DNA of 64,000 nt from assembly GCA_016935555.1 (NCBI GenBank), contig JAFGQR010000011.1, positions 21,011-85,010 on the forward strand, read 5' to 3'. Shown here in pieces: positions 52,152 through 60,550 of the stretch (position 1 is the first letter of the stretch; every line of letters starts with the position of its first letter). The stretch comes from Verrucomicrobiota bacterium. Lineage in GTDB: Bacteria; Verrucomicrobiota; Verrucomicrobiia; Limisphaerales; JAFGQR01. The notes beneath the pieces were generated by a model. That model was not told where the DNA came from. It searched no databases and was given only the letters and a program-made list of their open reading frames with translations. The translations under genes and the position numbers were made by a program.

Positions 52152-53645
52152 TCAGCTTTTCCCGGTCAGGTCCGTGGCCTTCATCCCGGCGAGTTGAGCA
52201 TAGTTTCGGAATTCGCGCTCCACGTCCCCCAGAATGAAGAGCTGGTGAAATCCGAGCACATCGCGCGTGTCTTTCACTCCGTCAAGGGCAACTTCGACGG
52301 AGGTGCGGCAGCCTCCGGCTTCCTCGTACGGGTCATGGCCCTGGGGATCGGGCTCGATGTTGCTCACGATCTTTCCCGCCCCGACGCGAATCGTGTCGTA
52401 GTGGCCGCTGGGTATCTCCATCACCGTCATGCGTTCACCCACCGGCCAGAGCACCTGGGTCGCAACGCCGCGGTCCGGTTCCTGGTGGCTTCGCAGGATA
52501 AATGGCATCGGCGGTTTGTCGAATCCCGCCAGTCTCGTGGCGCACGCGCAGTGGGCGCCCCCGAGGGTATTGTTGACCGTCAGAGGAAAGGGATCCTGTT
52601 GAAAACCGGGCCGTTGCACCAGCAAGTGGGTGAGCCGCGAACTGAGTGCCGCGTGTTCATCCGCTTCACACGCCGCCACGATCCCTTCGTCGCGCAACCG
52701 TGAAAAGGCAAGGCAGGGCTCCCACAGATGACCTTTGGAACCGATCGGCCGTGAGACCAACGGCAGGCAGTTTATCGAAATCCCATCGCACTTCTCCTCC
52801 TCCATCAGTGCACGCAGCACCACGTAGATGTTGGCCGCGTTCAGCACGTCTTCCCCGGTCGGTTCGATGATCGCCTTGGCGTTCTTCTGATAGTAATCGG
52901 CTATGGCCCGGACCTTCTCCGTGACGACGCTTTTATGCGCCATGTCGCACAGGGCCTGTTCCGGGTAGTCAAGCAGTTTCGTGCCCAGATGCTCCACGGT
53001 CTTCTCAGCCTTCTTATTGCCCTTTACGATCAGCAAACGCGTCTGCTTCATCCGCCACACGCTGTTCAGCATCCGCAAGCCGTGGGCCAGCCAGTTTTCG
53101 TGTTGGAAGGCACTCACAAAGACGCCGGCAATGCCGCGCGTTGCTTGGAGGTGGCCCGTGAACGAAGTGCCGACAGGACTGAAGAGAATGGTGGGTATGT
53201 TGCCACGTTCCTTTGCGATGCGGTTGAGGTGGGGCCACGCTTGATTGAGGCTCATTGCGGTGACAATGAGGCCGTCGGGATTCTCCTCTTGGACGGTCTT
53301 CAGGAACGCGGTAACGGCGTTTTCATCCTTCAGCGGCTCCTGCGTAAGACGCAGATCCACCCCCAGGTCTTTCGCCGCGCCCCGCAATATCCGGGTGTAG
53401 TGCTCTTGATGGACCGCGTTGTCCCAATCGGCTCCCGGCCACCCCATGAAGTAGCGGTTCTGATCCGGCCGGGCAAATCCGGCCCGCACCACGGGTTTGC
53501 CGCCCGGCGGAGACGCGGCAAACATCGACGAAGCAACCTCAAACAAGTCCAAGTGCGCCGCGGTGGCCGCCGCACCGGCCGTGGTCAGGAACTTCCGCCG
53601 GCTCATCGGACATCCCAAACATTTCATTCCGTTTCGCGTTTTCAT
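52152..53645 (-). CDS. TAT-signal protein with sugar-isomerase (FucI/AraA)-like features (tentative)
   Basis: It carries a twin-arginine motif (MSRRKFLTTAGAAATAAHL). The C-terminal half has isomerase-like segments (CDGISINCLP...GIVAACEADEHAAL). Start options are 53684, 53645, 53627 and 53606. Confidence 0.55.
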   Translation of the reverse strand: MKTRNGMKCLGCPMSRRKFLTTAGAAATAAHLDLFEVASSMFAASPPGGKPVVRAGFARPDQNRYFMGWPGADWDNAVHQEHYTRILRGAAKDLGVDLRLTQEPLKDENAVTAFLKTVQEENPDGLIVTAMSLNQAWPHLNRIAKERGNIPTILFSPVGTSFTGHLQATRGIAGVFVSAFQHENWLAHGLRMLNSVWRMKQTRLLIVKGNKKAEKTVEHLGTKLLDYPEQALCDMAHKSVVTEKVRAIADYYQKNAKAIIEPTGEDVLNAANIYVVLRALMEEEKCDGISINCLPLVSRPIGSKGHLWEPCLAFSRLRDEGIVAACEADEHAALSSRLTHLLVQRPGFQQDPFPLTVNNTLGGAHCACATRLAGFDKPPMPFILRSHQEPDRGVATQVLWPVGERMTVMEIPSGHYDTIRVGAGKIVSNIEPDPQGHDPYEEAGGCRTSVEVALDGVKDTRDVLGFHQLFILGDVEREFRNYAQLAGMKATDLTGKS

Positions 53646-54002
53646 GATGATCCCTTTCGCTGATGGAAAGTCTGATTCCCGCACACGAAACCGAGCCTAA
53701 CATTGGCCGAATGGTAAATCAAGAGGCTAACGACCCACCCCTGTTCAAGGGGCGCATCGCAGTGTTTGGCGTAGTGCGCCCCGGTTGTGAAGGGCATCGC
53801 ATGCCACTGCGAACCAAGCAGGTTGCGCGAGAATGGGTGGTTCCTCACGCCGTATGGCCCCGTTCTCAGGCCCGAAAGGCGAACCACGGTCAAGCCACAG
53901 GGGAATTGGTTCGCTTCGGCCAGGCTTATGCTAATCTGCAGTTGCATCTTGCAGTTGCCGTCTTTGGACCATGGTCGCCATCTGCAGCCGGCGGGGGGGG
54001 GA

Positions 54003-54815
54003 TTAGACGTAGGTCTTCTCCAACAACGCAGCTGCACTTTCGTCGAGCATTTCCCGCCGGCGCATTTCCTCAAAGCGCGCAAGCAAATCCGGCACACGAA
54101 GGCGCTGTTTGTCGGCTCCTTCGAACCGACAGGCCACGGCGCCGCGATGCACCATTACGATGCGGTCGCCAAGGTTGACGGCTTGCTGCATGGAGTGGGT
54201 GACCATGAGCGTGGTGAGCTTGTGCCGGCTGACGATGTCTGCAGTGGCACGAATAAGCAGATCGGCGCTCTTGGGATCCAGCGCGGCAGTGTGTTCGTCC
54301 AAGAGCAGCAATGCTGGCTTGAGCCATGTGGCCATCAGTAGCGTGAGCGCCTGGCGCTGACCGCCGGAGAGACTGCCGATGGCGTTGCCGAGCCGGTCTT
54401 CCAAACCCATTCGCAATTCTCGGACGCGGTCGCGGAGTTCGTCCATGAGTCTTCTGGAGAGCGCCCAGCCCAGGCCGCGTCCCTGGCCGCGACGGGCGGC
54501 GAGGGCGAAGTTCTCGGCGATGGACATGTTCGGTGCGGTGCCGGTGAAAGGGTTCTGGAACACGCGACCGATCAGCCGCGCCCGCCGATGTTCCGGCCAG
54601 CGCGTGATGTTCTCTCCGGCCAGTTCGATCTTGCCTTGGTCGAGTTGAAACGTGCCGGCGACGGCGTTCAACAAAGTGGATTTGCCAGAACCGTTGCCAC
54701 CGAGGATGATCAGGAACGCGCCTTCCGGAATGGTGAGGCTGACTCCGCGCAGCGCGCGGACCTCGTTCACAGTACCCGCGTTGAAAGTTTTGCAGATGTT
54801 GGAGACAGTAAGCAT
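54003..54815 (-). CDS. ABC transporter ATP-binding protein (COG1101-type, partner of COG4120/COG2984 systems)
   Basis: It has Walker A (GGNGSGKSTLL), the signature motif (LSGGQRQALTLLMA), Walker B (LLLLDEHTAALD) and an H-loop (MVTHS). Confidence 0.9.
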   Translation of the reverse strand: MLTVSNICKTFNAGTVNEVRALRGVSLTIPEGAFLIILGGNGSGKSTLLNAVAGTFQLDQGKIELAGENITRWPEHRRARLIGRVFQNPFTGTAPNMSIAENFALAARRGQGRGLGWALSRRLMDELRDRVRELRMGLEDRLGNAIGSLSGGQRQALTLLMATWLKPALLLLDEHTAALDPKSADLLIRATADIVSRHKLTTLMVTHSMQQAVNLGDRIVMVHRGAVACRFEGADKQRLRVPDLLARFEEMRRREMLDESAAALLEKTYV

Positions 54816-54824
54816 GGCGTCCCT

Positions 54825-55769
54825 TTACGACTGACTCTGTGGTTTGGCGAGCGTCGCGGCCCTTTTCCGGCGTTGCAGCAACTGCGGCAACACCAGCGCG
54901 GCAAACACAAACAAGGCCGTGACCAGTTTGAGATCGTTGGGGTTCAATCCCCAGCGCAATGCGATGGCCACGAGCAGACGGAACAGAACCGAGCCGGCGA
55001 CTGCTCCGTAAATCGCCAGCCCCAGACTGCGCGAGCCGGTGAGCGACTCGCCGATGATGACGCTGGCCAGTCCCCAGACGACCATGCCGATTCCCATCTG
55101 TGCGTCGGCGAAGCCTTGGTACTGGGCCAACAAGCCGCCGGCCAGTGCGACGAGGCCGTTGGACAGCGCCAAACCCATGATGCAATAACGTTGAACGTTG
55201 ACGCCAAGCGCGCGGATCATCTGCGGATTGTCACCCGACGCACGCATCGCAGTGCCGAGTTCTGTTCGGAAGAACCAATACAACACCAGGCAGGCTGCGA
55301 CGATCAGGCTGATTACGATCAGCAGCATGGCCAGATCGCGCGCACCGACCAGCCAACCCATCACGTTCACCTCTGGCGCGCGGAACCATGAGTGGCCCAG
55401 CCGCTCCGCCCATTTGGTGGAACTGTCCGCCCCCAGCAACGGCACGTTGCTCTTGCCCATGACGTGCAGGTTCACCGAGTAAAGGCCGGTCATGACCAAA
55501 ATGCCCGCCAGCAGGGAATTGATGTTGAACTTCGTATGCAACACACCAGTCACCGCGCCCGCCACGAGTCCGCCGCCAAATCCGGCGAGTGTGGCGAACA
55601 ACGGATTGACATGCTTGATCAACAACACCGCGCAGATGGCAGCGCCCAACGTGATCGAGCCGTCCACGGTGATGTCAGCGATGCCAAAGACGCGGTAACT
55701 GATGTAGATCCCCAGCGCCAGGAGCGACAGGATCAATCCGATGGTTAATGCTCCGAGCAACAAAGTCAT
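54825..55769 (-). CDS. ABC transporter permease (COG4120-type)
   Basis: The 314-aa polytopic protein begins MTLLLGALTIGLILSLLALGIYISYRVFGIADITVDGSITLGAA, which is typical of this permease family. Confidence 0.9.
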   Translation of the reverse strand: MTLLLGALTIGLILSLLALGIYISYRVFGIADITVDGSITLGAAICAVLLIKHVNPLFATLAGFGGGLVAGAVTGVLHTKFNINSLLAGILVMTGLYSVNLHVMGKSNVPLLGADSSTKWAERLGHSWFRAPEVNVMGWLVGARDLAMLLIVISLIVAACLVLYWFFRTELGTAMRASGDNPQMIRALGVNVQRYCIMGLALSNGLVALAGGLLAQYQGFADAQMGIGMVVWGLASVIIGESLTGSRSLGLAIYGAVAGSVLFRLLVAIALRWGLNPNDLKLVTALFVFAALVLPQLLQRRKRAATLAKPQSQS

Positions 55770-55781
55770 AAGCGGATTGGG

Positions 55782-57032
55782 TCACGTCACCAGCGGCGCG
55801 CACCAGCAGGCGCCGCGAAAGAAACAACTCTCGCCAGCGCCGTTGGGGTCGCGCCAATCGTTCAGCAGATGCAGCACGCCCAGCACGTGCTCGCTTTCAA
55901 ACAGCGGCTCGAGTGATTCCGCCAAGCTCACCTTGCCTTTGCGGAGCGGACGATACGGGAAGGCCGCCGCGTGGAAGTGGCCGCAGATGTCGCCCGTGAG
56001 GACCAGCGGTTTAAGCAATCGCGGATGCAACGCACGTGAGCCGGTGGCTGCGAGGCCGACGATGAGGCTGACGGAATTGGCGAACGCCGCTTCAGCGGTG
56101 AAGCTCAACCAGTCACGCACCTCCGGGAAGGCAAAAAGGTTTCGCGCACCGGTGACTACTGGCGGGCTGGCAGGCGTCTTTTGCAGCGACGCGCCCACCA
56201 GTGAAGCCGTCTCCGCCAACATGACGATGCCTGCCGCGTCGGTGTTTGCAGCGTCGAGACAGGCTTTGATCACGGCGCTCAAGGTCAGACTGGATTGCTC
56301 CGGGCCTTTGTCGAATCGCAGCAGCCGCGCAAAACCACCACGGCAAACAACGCCGTAGGCGACCTTCACCGTCGGCGTCAGCGCGCCTTGAAGCAGCATG
56401 TAATCCGGCTTGTTGGCACCGTCAGCTGGCTGGCAAACGACGGCACCGCCTGCGCCGAGAAATTCACCGAATGCCGCGCCTTCCAGGTCGCTGGTCGAAG
56501 CGAAAGCGCCAAGGCCGAGACCGATTGTATCCGCAGCAAACGCGACGTTTTCACAGTCGGCGTCCTTCGCGGTGCCTTCAAGCCACGCTGCTGAATCTCC
56601 GGGCCATTGAACGCGGAGCGTCGCGCCGGGGTTCAACTCGAACAGTTGCGCTGTTGCGCCCGCTGGCGGCAGCGCGACGTGCTGGGTGGGTCGTTCGGGC
56701 GCTGCCGTTGCCATTACTCTTGCCGTGTCTTCGCCAACGTGAAGCCGCGTCTCCAGGCCCACCAGCTTCAAGACACTGCGCACAGCGCTCGACGCCCTGG
56801 CGATGATGAGCCGCCCTTGAATGGCGTTGAGCTGACGCGAGTGCAGCACGAGAATCCGGATGCCGGCGGAGCTGAGGTAGTCCACGTCCATCATGTCAAG
56901 CGCGATGACGTGGTAGCCGGCGCGCACCGATTCGGTCAGGGCATTGGCGACGTGGTCGCTCCAGACGGCGTCCATGCGGCCTTTGAGCTTCAGGTCGAGT
57001 TGATCGTCGCGTGCTGTGCGAGTGATTTCCAT
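55782..57032 (-). CDS. STAS-domain protein fused to a ~300-aa C-terminal domain of unknown function, encoded inside the ABC operon
   Basis: The N-terminal ~105 aa are STAS (LDLKLKGRMDAVWSDHV...ALDMMDVDYLSSAGIRILVLHSRQL...SAVRSVLKLVGL). I cannot assign the remainder (...GAFASTSDLEGAAFGEFLGAGGAVVCQPADG...GHFHAAAFPYRPL...) to any family. Confidence 0.8.
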   Translation of the reverse strand: MEITRTARDDQLDLKLKGRMDAVWSDHVANALTESVRAGYHVIALDMMDVDYLSSAGIRILVLHSRQLNAIQGRLIIARASSAVRSVLKLVGLETRLHVGEDTARVMATAAPERPTQHVALPPAGATAQLFELNPGATLRVQWPGDSAAWLEGTAKDADCENVAFAADTIGLGLGAFASTSDLEGAAFGEFLGAGGAVVCQPADGANKPDYMLLQGALTPTVKVAYGVVCRGGFARLLRFDKGPEQSSLTLSAVIKACLDAANTDAAGIVMLAETASLVGASLQKTPASPPVVTGARNLFAFPEVRDWLSFTAEAAFANSVSLIVGLAATGSRALHPRLLKPLVLTGDICGHFHAAAFPYRPLRKGKVSLAESLEPLFESEHVLGVLHLLNDWRDPNGAGESCFFRGACWCAPLVT

Positions 57033-57043
57033 GAGCAGCGTGG

Positions 57044-60001
57044 TTAGGGTTTGGTCGGGTCGGAGATTTCTTGCGCCTGCCGCAACAGCTCATCCGGGAT
57101 GGTGATGCGAACCGCTTGGGCGTTCCTCGCGTTCACCAGCGTCTGCACCTTACGCGGTGGAGAGAACGGAATTCGCGCCGGACTCTCTCCGCGTATCAGG
57201 GCAGCGACTTTAAACGCAGTCTCTCGTCCGGCGTCGTAATAGTCGCGGGCCAGTGCCACGGCGGCGCCCTGTTTGACGCCGGCCCCGTGGCAACTGAACA
57301 GCGGCAACCGCGCTTGTTCCGTGGCGCGCGCGATGATGGGGAAGCCAGCGACCGAAAGGTTGTCAATGATCTGAACCACGGCATCCAGCCGGCGGCCGCA
57401 CAGTGACAGCGCCGCGTCGGCCAACTCCCCCGCGCAGTTGGCCGCGACGGTTTCCACCGTTAATCCGCAACGAACGGCTTCGCGGACGAACATTTCCTTG
57501 TTCGCCACGGAGTTTGCCTCCGCCGGACAAAACAGCGTTCCGACGTGCTTGAACTGAGGGAAATATGTTCGCAACAACTCCGCCATTTCCCGGTACGGCC
57601 CGAGTGTGTAAACGCCCGTGATGTTCGGCAGATGGTCCTGATCCGATTGGCCCGCGCCCGCGACGAACGGGTCGGCCACGACCGTGAACACGATGGGCGT
57701 GTCACGAACCTTCTGTATACCGGCTTGGAGTGCCGGCGTGCCATAGACGACATAGAGGTCCACACCTGCCGTCTTGGCGGAATCATAAAGCGAGCTGATT
57801 GCCGCCATGTCACCTTGGGCTGACAACGTTTTCATCGTGAAGTTCACCCCGTCCTTCAAACCCGCCTCCTTCAAACCGTCCGTCAGCCCGCGCATGGCGT
57901 CCTCGACCATGACGGATTCGATGTAGGAAAGCTGCTGGATCCGCCACTTTCTTGCCGGTGGTTGCGCGACGGGTGGGGCCGGCGGCTTTTCGAGCGTTTG
58001 CATGGCCAGCACCGCAGGCGGGAAGGTGACGCCCAGTTTGCGTGCGACGTCCATGTTCAGGATCACCTTCTCGTCGCTCACGTTTCGCATCGGAATTCTC
58101 GCGGGCTCCTCGCCTTGAAGCACGCGAGCGAGCGGTTCGGCAGCGGCGAAACCAGCCGCGTAGTAGCCAACACCCACCACGGCCAGCGCGCCGCGATTGC
58201 AAAAGTCCGGCGAGTCAATGACCACCGGAATGCGCGTGGTGGCGAGTTGGCCGGCGAGGCCGTCGAACGCCTGGTAAGCCGTGTTGTCGCCGGGGATATA
58301 CACCGCTTCCACACGCCGGGCAGCGAGCGATTGCGCAGCTTGCACCACCTCGCTCGTATTGTTCGCAATGGCCTCGACCAGTTCGACGCCGTGCTTCGGG
58401 CACAACTCCCGCAGCACCGTGACCACCTTCACCGAGTTGGCCTCGGCGTTGTTGTAGAGCGTCCCGAGCCGTCGGAATGTCGGGAACGTGAGCTTTAACA
58501 TCGTGACCGCTTTCTCAATGGGCGGGAACGAGCCGATCCCGGTGACGAACGGCAGGTGATCCTCGAAGCTCTTGCCCGCGCCGGCGGCAATCGGATCCGT
58601 GCAGTAAGTGAAAACGACGGGTTTGTGGCGCACGCCAGCGCAAGCGGCCGTCAGCACGGGCGTCGAAAACGTGGAGATCACGTCCGCGTCGCTTGCGTCG
58701 AGTGACTGCAGCATCGCCGGGATGCTGCCAATCTCGCCGTTGGCATGCATCTTCTGAACCTCAAGATTTTGTCCTTCGACAACACCGAGCTTTCGCAGTC
58801 CATCCATCAGTCCAGCAATGGTGCTGTCCGTGCCTTCGTCAGGACCAAAGTAAGCGATGCCGATTTTGAACGGGCGGCCGGATTTGGAAACAACCGGACG
58901 CGGCTTGCTCTGGGTGGCGACGGACGCGGTTTGGTGGACATCTTTTTCCACGTTGCCGTCTTCTCCGAGGATGAGTGCAGCGCGGGCACGCAGATCGTCG
59001 GTAAACCGCCACGGGTCGCGAAGGTTCTTGAGAACTTGTTTGTTCAACATCAGGTGCTCGGGCATGAAGTTGGTGATGACCAGCGTGGCGGAGTCGACGC
59101 CGCCAAGGATCCCGGCGGCAATGTCGCCCACCACTTCGCCAACTTCAAAGTAGTTTGCGCCGAGATCGAAAAGTGAGCCGTCGCGTACGTTGCCCGAAGT
59201 GTTGGAAAAGACGGGAATCCTGGCCCGGCTCGCCGAGCCGGTGAGCGCAGTGATCGCGTTGAGCACCGTCACATCCGCGCCCGCCCAGAAGGCCTGCGCG
59301 CCGCGCGCCACCAGCGAATCCGCGGCTTCGCGCACGTCCTTGCTCTGGTCCACGTTGGCTTCGAGCAACTGGATGCCCAGTTCCTTGCAGACCTTCCGGG
59401 CTTTGGCGGTGCAGACCTCGGAATTGGCTTCAGCGGGGTTCCAAACGACTCCGACGACTTTCAGGTCGGGCCACTGCCGCCTGGCTTCGCGCAAAATCGA
59501 TTCCACCGGTTGGAACGTGCCGACGCCGGCCAGCCACGGCGGTTTGTTGGTGGAATTCATTTGCCGGATGCCGACGCCCGCGGCGGCGGGATCCGTCACG
59601 CCGCCGAAAACATGAATGGCGCGGCCATCCTTGTTGGCGTTGGCCACGCATTGGAGCGAAAGAGTGCTGATGGAGATCACCATCTTGAAACTGCCGTCGG
59701 TAACGCGCTTGGCTATGGTGTTGGCCGTCGGCAGATCGCCCTCGGCGCTGAACCGTTGCAGGGCGATGCGTCCACCGTCCTCGTAACCGGCGGCGGCGAG
59801 CCGAGCCAGAATGCCGCGCTCCACTTCATCCAGCAACGCGATTGAAGCGTGCTTGAGAATGGCGACGGGAATCTTCGCCTGCGCCGACAACGCGCCATTG
59901 CGCGCCCTTTCACGCGAATGGAGGTCCGACAATAGCAGCGTCAACGCCGCCGCCACGAGCAGGACCAGCGACAGGAAAACACGGCTAAAAACTTGTTTCA
60001 T
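57044..60001 (-). CDS. Membrane-anchored ABC substrate-binding protein with three tandem COG2984/PF04392-type domains
   Basis: The start is set at MKQVFSRVFLSLVLLVAAALTLLL (TM anchor). Three homologous modules each contain a TDP-AAG-G box and a PAEANS box. Module 1: VFGGVTDPAAAGVG...VWNPAEANSEV. Module 2: VVFTYCTDPIAAGAG...LYNNAEANSVK. Module 3: IVFTVVADPFVAGAG...LFCPAEANSVA. Confidence 0.85.
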   Translation of the reverse strand: MKQVFSRVFLSLVLLVAAALTLLLSDLHSRERARNGALSAQAKIPVAILKHASIALLDEVERGILARLAAAGYEDGGRIALQRFSAEGDLPTANTIAKRVTDGSFKMVISISTLSLQCVANANKDGRAIHVFGGVTDPAAAGVGIRQMNSTNKPPWLAGVGTFQPVESILREARRQWPDLKVVGVVWNPAEANSEVCTAKARKVCKELGIQLLEANVDQSKDVREAADSLVARGAQAFWAGADVTVLNAITALTGSASRARIPVFSNTSGNVRDGSLFDLGANYFEVGEVVGDIAAGILGGVDSATLVITNFMPEHLMLNKQVLKNLRDPWRFTDDLRARAALILGEDGNVEKDVHQTASVATQSKPRPVVSKSGRPFKIGIAYFGPDEGTDSTIAGLMDGLRKLGVVEGQNLEVQKMHANGEIGSIPAMLQSLDASDADVISTFSTPVLTAACAGVRHKPVVFTYCTDPIAAGAGKSFEDHLPFVTGIGSFPPIEKAVTMLKLTFPTFRRLGTLYNNAEANSVKVVTVLRELCPKHGVELVEAIANNTSEVVQAAQSLAARRVEAVYIPGDNTAYQAFDGLAGQLATTRIPVVIDSPDFCNRGALAVVGVGYYAAGFAAAEPLARVLQGEEPARIPMRNVSDEKVILNMDVARKLGVTFPPAVLAMQTLEKPPAPPVAQPPARKWRIQQLSYIESVMVEDAMRGLTDGLKEAGLKDGVNFTMKTLSAQGDMAAISSLYDSAKTAGVDLYVVYGTPALQAGIQKVRDTPIVFTVVADPFVAGAGQSDQDHLPNITGVYTLGPYREMAELLRTYFPQFKHVGTLFCPAEANSVANKEMFVREAVRCGLTVETVAANCAGELADAALSLCGRRLDAVVQIIDNLSVAGFPIIARATEQARLPLFSCHGAGVKQGAAVALARDYYDAGRETAFKVAALIRGESPARIPFSPPRKVQTLVNARNAQAVRITIPDELLRQAQEISDPTKP

Positions 60002-60030
60002 GATGGGAAAGGCCGCGCGCTTCTGAGCTT

Positions 60031-60072
60031 TTGACCAGTTGCAGGTTCCATTGGGTTGTCGCGTTGACCAGT
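60031..60072. promoter_or_regulatory. Direct repeat TTGACCAGT (60031-60039 and 60064-60072) in the divergent ABC-operon/STAS intergenic region
   Basis: The repeat was read directly, with 33 nt start-to-start spacing. It may be an operator or a pair of -35-like elements. This is speculative. Confidence 0.2.
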
Positions 60073-60198
60073 GCCGTATTTTGAATCTCGTCGCCCGGAC
60101 CGGCAAGCCTGAATTGTCATTTGGCGCCGGTAAACTTCCCTTGTCGTTTTCTGCTGCGAAGTGCAGACTGGCCCGTGTGCGGCAATGGCAGGTGAACC

Positions 60199-60531
60199 AT
60201 GGAAACTCAGAACTTGGCTAACGCAACTGTCGTAAAACTGATCGAACGAATTGATTCGGTCTCGTCCCGGGAGGTTGAAGCCACTCTCCAAAACATCATT
60301 GTCGGCGGAGCACGCAATGTCATCTGCGACTTCGCGGCGGCCAAATACATCTCCAGCGCGGGACTGCGCGTGTTGTTGGTCGTGGCCAAGACGCTCAAAA
60401 AGGGCGGGGGGCAGTTGCTCATCGTGTGCGCCAGGACCGGATATGTTTATGAGGTCTTGGAAACGGCCGGTTTCACCAGCATGATCCCGGTGTTCGCATC
60501 CGTCGCCGAAGCCACTCAGGCGGCCAAGTGA
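60199..60531 (+). CDS. Single-domain STAS anti-sigma-factor-antagonist-like protein
   Basis: The 110-aa protein carries DFAAAKYISSAGLRVLLVVAKTLKKGGGQ. This closely parallels the STAS protein at 44392 (DLAQLKFISSAGLRVFSVTRKTLKERGGQ). Confidence 0.85.
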   Translation: METQNLANATVVKLIERIDSVSSREVEATLQNIIVGGARNVICDFAAAKYISSAGLRVLLVVAKTLKKGGGQLLIVCARTGYVYEVLETAGFTSMIPVFASVAEATQAAK

Positions 60532-60550
60532 CGCACAATCCTCGCTTCGC

